Assembly (NCBI GenBank): GCA_965279515.1
Contig: CBDIID010000003.1
Location: 3,744,001-3,808,000 of the forward strand
DNA length: 64,000 nucleotides
Direction: 5' to 3'
Origin: Turneriella sp.
GTDB taxonomy: Bacteria; Spirochaetota; Leptospiria; Turneriellales; Turneriellaceae
Shown: positions 60,372 through 64,000 of the stretch, in pieces
Position numbering within the stretch: the stretch's first letter is position 1
Layout: each line of letters starts with the position of its first letter
Translations under genes and position numbers: made by a program
Notes under the pieces: generated by a model
Told to the model about the DNA's origin: nothing
The model's database searches: none
What the model saw: the letters and a program-made list of their open reading frames with translations, nothing else

Positions 60372-60588
60372 AACGTTGGATTTACCTGACGTCGATGGTG
60401 CGCCGCACAATAAATGCCGTCTTCTTACGAAAGCCGCTCTTGGCGCGCCATCGATGTGCCGCAGGTGGCTGCGTTGCGCCCGCCAATTAAGCTCGACAGA
60501 GCGCGGGCGTCAACGCATTTCAGGCCACCGGAGGCCGAGCACGCGAGGAGCTACGGCACCGCAGCGAGCGCAGCAGGTAAATCTTGTT
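60372..60588 (-). repeat. attC-like site 43
   Basis: Family consensus ends, diverged middle. Confidence 0.88.
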
Positions 60589-60611
60589 GTGCGATGGCCA
60601 AGGCATACGTG

Positions 60612-61367
60612 TTAGTCATGTTTACTGCCTCTAATTGTCTTAATGGCCTTTTCTATAGTCTTTAGCGATAGCACTTTATGCTTCTCATTGTATTCCTCCG
60701 CAAAAGCGTCCGTTAAAACCTGTTTGCAGAATTCATATAAAGTCCGTTTTGCATCTAAACATGAAATCAATTGAAAGACAAAAAAGGTAGTTAATCCTGC
60801 AAATACTATTATGATTCTAAGATATGAGGTGTATTGCGAATAGAAGCAAAGAAGCCCACCTACAGTCAAAGCAGCAAAAAAGGTGCCGGTGACAATGGCC
60901 GCGGAACTGTTTAGCAGATGGGAAAGACCTTGAGTTCTCTCAACGGCACCTTTTATTTGATCCGAGGATTCAGTTCTCTCAAACCAAAGAGCGCTTATAA
61001 TTATCCATGCATTCTTCTTCCGGAAGTACTTTCTGAGGCACTTGGGGCCACCAGCTCTTCGGATAACTATTTTAGAACGATCAAGATATTTTTTAGTGAT
61101 TAACTCAGAAATGAAATCTGAATAATCGATCAAGAATAGTGCAGGCGCCCGATAGGCCACAGTAAAAAGGTATCCCAAAGCGCCGGCAGTAAAGGTCGCA
61201 CCGATTAGGGCAACGGCGGCATTAAATACTTGGGGCTGCGGATCTCCATTATTTAAAGTCATGGTACCGACCCAATCAGGAAACAATATCCAAGCTGCTA
61301 TCGCAACTTCGAATAGATACAGAACCCCTGGCAGAGTGTATCTAAAGAAACTGTATAAATCATTCAT
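60612..61367 (-). CDS. Hypothetical membrane protein (first cassette of the array)
   Basis: YSFFRY.LPG, four TM segments. Confidence 0.72.
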   Translation of the reverse strand: MNDLYSFFRYTLPGVLYLFEVAIAAWILFPDWVGTMTLNNGDPQPQVFNAAVALIGATFTAGALGYLFTVAYRAPALFLIDYSDFISELITKKYLDRSKIVIRRAGGPKCLRKYFRKKNAWIIISALWFERTESSDQIKGAVERTQGLSHLLNSSAAIVTGTFFAALTVGGLLCFYSQYTSYLRIIIVFAGLTTFFVFQLISCLDAKRTLYEFCKQVLTDAFAEEYNEKHKVLSLKTIEKAIKTIRGSKHD

Positions 61368-61394
61368 AAGTATTTTGTCTTAGCCTTGGCTTTC

Positions 61395-61420
61395 GCACAA
61401 CGTCTATTATCTGCATTGCG
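61395..61420 (-). other. Candidate attI-like primary integration site
   Basis: Minus strand GCAGATAATAGAC-GTTGTGC; first cassette end not preceded by an attC. Confidence 0.55.
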
Positions 61421-61517
61421 CCTTTTTGTGGGGTGTCAATGTTTTCTGGAGGGGAAGTGTTGAAAGATGCCTGAATGCAGCATTTTTCTGGGGGTGTTGT
61501 GCGAATTGCGTGATAAC

Positions 61518-62876
61518 TCAGGTGGGTTGGAAAATGAGAGGCATGCCGCCTTTGGGGCGCAGGGTGATCATCGGGTGGATATCCGCCACGTAGTCTGGGG
61601 TGGCGAGGGTGGGAGAGAATTTTTCGAGGAGGACGGCGAGGATGAGGACGCCTTCCATCCAGGCGAACTGGTCGCCGATGCACTGGCGTACGCCGCCGCC
61701 GAAGGGGAAGTAGGCGAACTTGGGGCGTGCGGCTTCGTTTTCGGGGAGGAAGCGGTCGGGGTTGAAGGTGATGGCGTCGGGCCAGTATTGGGGGTGGCGG
61801 TGCATGACCCACTGGCTCATGACGACGGTGGTACCGGCGGCGACCTTGTAGCCGAGGACTTCGGTATCGACGGAGGCTTCGCGCGAGATGGTCCAGGCGG
61901 GTGGGTAGAGGCGGAGCGATTCGGCGAAGATGTTATAGAGTGTTTTGAGTTGCGGGAAGTGAGCGGCGGTGACGGGATTGCCGCCGGTAACGGTTTGAAT
62001 TTCGGCGCGGGCTTTTTGAATCCAGTCGGGATTTTTCGCGAGCAGGTAGAGTGTCCAGGCGAGGGCGTTGGCGGTGGTTTCGTGGCCGGCGATGAAGAGG
62101 GTGAGGCACTCGTCGCGGATTTGTTTGTCGGTCATACGATAGGGTTGCGGGGAGCCTGCACGGGGCGAAGTCGAAGTGTCGTCCTGAGCATCCATGAAGA
62201 TACTGAGCAGGTCACCGCGGTCGCCGGGTGAGGCGCGGCGATCGGCGATGATGCGGTAGACGATCTTGTCGAGGGTGGCTGTGGCTTCGCGCAGGCGGAG
62301 AGTCGAGGGGAGAGGAAGCATGTTCATGATTTCGGTGAAGGGGTTCAGGAGGCGATCCATATTGTTGAGGATGACTTCGAGTGCCGCGGCGACTTGCGGG
62401 GCGTCGCCGGTGACGTCGGCGTCGAACAGGGTTTTATTAACGATGGCGAGAGTGAGGCGCATCATGAGCTGGTTGGCATCGACGGTTGTCGCGGATGGGT
62501 AGGTGGATACGTGTTCGCGGGTGATACGGACCATTTCATCGCCGTAGCGGCCCATGCGGTTTTTAGCGAAAGCGGGCGAGGCGAGCTTGCGTTGTTGTTT
62601 GTGGAGGTCGCCTTCGCTGGTTAAGAGGCCATCGCCGAGCAGCGCTTTCGCAAGCTGCAGGCCGCGGCTTTTGCGGAAGTTTTTAGGCTGGCCGATCAAA
62701 ACTTCTTTGATGAGTTCGGGTTCGGCGAACAGGAGTGCCTCACGGCCAAAGACTGTGAAACGCGTGACATCCCCATATTCGTGCGCGAGGCGGGCGAAGA
62801 AGCGTGGCGGGTCGCGGCGCAGGTCGAGAATGCTGCCCAAGAGGGGGATTTCTTTCGGACCGGAGACGGCTTTCAT
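61518..62876 (-). CDS. Cytochrome P450
   Basis: AGHETT, ESLR (ExxR), PDRF, FPFGGGVRQCIG heme motif. Confidence 0.96.
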   Translation of the reverse strand: MKAVSGPKEIPLLGSILDLRRDPPRFFARLAHEYGDVTRFTVFGREALLFAEPELIKEVLIGQPKNFRKSRGLQLAKALLGDGLLTSEGDLHKQQRKLASPAFAKNRMGRYGDEMVRITREHVSTYPSATTVDANQLMMRLTLAIVNKTLFDADVTGDAPQVAAALEVILNNMDRLLNPFTEIMNMLPLPSTLRLREATATLDKIVYRIIADRRASPGDRGDLLSIFMDAQDDTSTSPRAGSPQPYRMTDKQIRDECLTLFIAGHETTANALAWTLYLLAKNPDWIQKARAEIQTVTGGNPVTAAHFPQLKTLYNIFAESLRLYPPAWTISREASVDTEVLGYKVAAGTTVVMSQWVMHRHPQYWPDAITFNPDRFLPENEAARPKFAYFPFGGGVRQCIGDQFAWMEGVLILAVLLEKFSPTLATPDYVADIHPMITLRPKGGMPLIFQPT

Positions 62877-62986
62877 ATGCAGTATCTTTTCATGTTGCAG
62901 GACGCAACTGGAGACGGCGGACAGGATGTCCTCTCATTGCCGTCTCGCGGCGGTACTGCATTGTCAATCGTGGGTGAAATAAGACT

Positions 62987-63844
62987 ATGGCGCGGGTGAA
63001 AAAGTTTTTATTGTTAGGATTGTTGCTTGCAGCCGGCTGCCGCATACCGGAGTATAAGGAGATAAAAAATCTCTACCAGGTGACGCGTTATCTTTCGGCG
63101 GCGCGGCTGGATAAGGAATTCCATTATCGCAAGATGTGGGCGATTGGCGGCGTGAACCCAAAGCTGTCTGCGGCGGCGAAAGAGCGCTGGGTGGCTCTGC
63201 AGAATGCGGTCTGGGATTTCACTGCGTTTCACCAGTCATTTTTCGACGTGACGCTCGAGCAGAGTGAGAGTGATATCTGGGAGCAGCCGTTTTTGTTTTT
63301 TGATTCGAAGACGGGTAAGAAGCTCACGCGCTCGGTCGACCTGTATTATGAGCAGGCGCACGTGCTGTGGCGGGATTTTAAGGAAAAGGATATCACGACG
63401 GAGCGCCGGGGTTTGATCACGGAGTTGTATTTTCTCGGTTTTGATTTGGGGTTAGAAGAGGATATCGTGCGGCTAATGAGTCCGTTATTTACCGAGGCAG
63501 AGTACAAGGTCGAGCACGGGCATGCACCCGATGCGGAGGATGAAGATTTTAAGGAGTTGTCGGATAAAAACCTGCGCAAGGCGCTGAGGCGCGTACGCAG
63601 GCTCGAACGCAGCCGTGAAATAGCGGCGCACGATTTCCGCGACATGGCAATCCGCCTGAGCCTGATGACTGACGAAGAGCTGGGTATTGTGCTACGCGAG
63701 CAGGGTAGGCCGGAGAATATCGACATGGGCCGGCTCGAGCGCATTGCCATGGCGGAATCCATGTCGTTTCAGATTGAGGATTTTCTCGCAGAGAAGCCGC
63801 CGGGGAAAACCGGCGGCAGCGGTCCGCAAAATGGAAAGCCTTAA
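62987..63844 (+). CDS. Putative lipoprotein
   Basis: LLLAAGC lipobox; 285 aa. Confidence 0.7.
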   Translation: MARVKKFLLLGLLLAAGCRIPEYKEIKNLYQVTRYLSAARLDKEFHYRKMWAIGGVNPKLSAAAKERWVALQNAVWDFTAFHQSFFDVTLEQSESDIWEQPFLFFDSKTGKKLTRSVDLYYEQAHVLWRDFKEKDITTERRGLITELYFLGFDLGLEEDIVRLMSPLFTEAEYKVEHGHAPDAEDEDFKELSDKNLRKALRRVRRLERSREIAAHDFRDMAIRLSLMTDEELGIVLREQGRPENIDMGRLERIAMAESMSFQIEDFLAEKPPGKTGGSGPQNGKP

Positions 63845-64000
63845 AGAATAAATAGCATCTGTACAAGGCCTACGGCAAAACCGAGCGCCGAGCCGACGAG
63901 GATGAGTATCCATTCATCTTCCTGGAAGGCGGTGCGCAGGAGTTCTTCAAAATCTTCAGGCGGCAATTGGCTGAGGCGTTCGTAGAGCGTTTTCTCGAGG
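63841..64000 (-). CDS. DUF445-family membrane protein, C-terminus (runs off window)
   Basis: ...L..LPPEDFEELLRTAFQEDEWILILVGSALGFAVGLVQ...*. Confidence 0.75.
   Translation of the reverse strand, partial: LEKTLYERLSQLPPEDFEELLRTAFQEDEWILILVGSALGFAVGLVQMLFIL

Larger units (their letters stand above)
1..61401 (-). mobile_element. Integron-type gene cassette array (43 attC-like sites, 43 complete cassettes plus 1 partial); no integrase in window
   Basis: Related ~210 bp imperfect palindromes recur between AT-rich single-gene or TA units. On the minus strand each starts xxxxAAC (R'') and ends GTTxxxx (R'). The GTT-end of each cassette is complementary to its own AAC-end. Most single ORFs are on minus and TA pairs on plus. 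Confidence 0.93.

Noticed and set aside
316..60588. Repeat array as CRISPR
   Set aside because: Repeats are about 210 bp, spacers are gene-sized and variable, and there are no cas genes.
361..60665. Dozens of 60-130 aa ORFs overlapping the repeats (e.g. MTLVSFIQ..., ...RGATAPQRAQ...)
   Set aside because: They are translations of GC-rich palindromic attC DNA in several frames and both strands, with inconsistent starts and stops.
61406..61439. Pc promoter TTGACA...GATAAT on the minus strand at the array head
   Set aside because: The spacer is 22 bp, too long for a sigma70 promoter; not supportable without TSS data.
61360..62982. Long alternative-frame ORFs (61360-61812, 61467-62231, 62554-62982) as a hidden integrase
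   Set aside because: They are shadows of the GC-rich P450 gene and show no tyrosine-recombinase R-H-R-Y motifs.

Overview
About 61.4 kb of this window is one very large integron-type gene-cassette array that reads on the minus strand and continues past the left edge. I count 43 unusually long attC-like sites (most 205-218 bp from AAC to GTT), 43 complete cassettes and one partial cassette at 1-318. The array stops at about 61400 at a non-attC, attI-like junction. The neighbour there is a cytochrome P450 gene, and no integron integrase is present anywhere in the window. Cassette cargo includes 7 toxin-antitoxin cassettes (all on the + strand, opposite to the array), HEPN- and KAP-NTPase-type defence candidates, lipoproteins, six copies of a structured ORF-less cassette, and two copies of an IS481-like element inserted next to cassette junctions. 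The most striking feature is a family of 12 cassettes that share one terminal 'shell'. In six of them a second ~122 bp repeat (AATATAG...CATAA...TATATT, with a Xer/dif-like core) brackets the cargo, which reaches ~8.6 kb of ordinary chromosomal-looking DNA and includes genes cut exactly at the repeat ends. This looks like a nested gene-capture system feeding the integron. Every cassette I compared also has 16-22 bp inverted ends with an invariant G:T mismatch at position 11. Gene content suggests a Leptospiraceae-like spirochete, which is inference only. Coordinates were counted by eye and product calls rest on motif recognition, not database searches.
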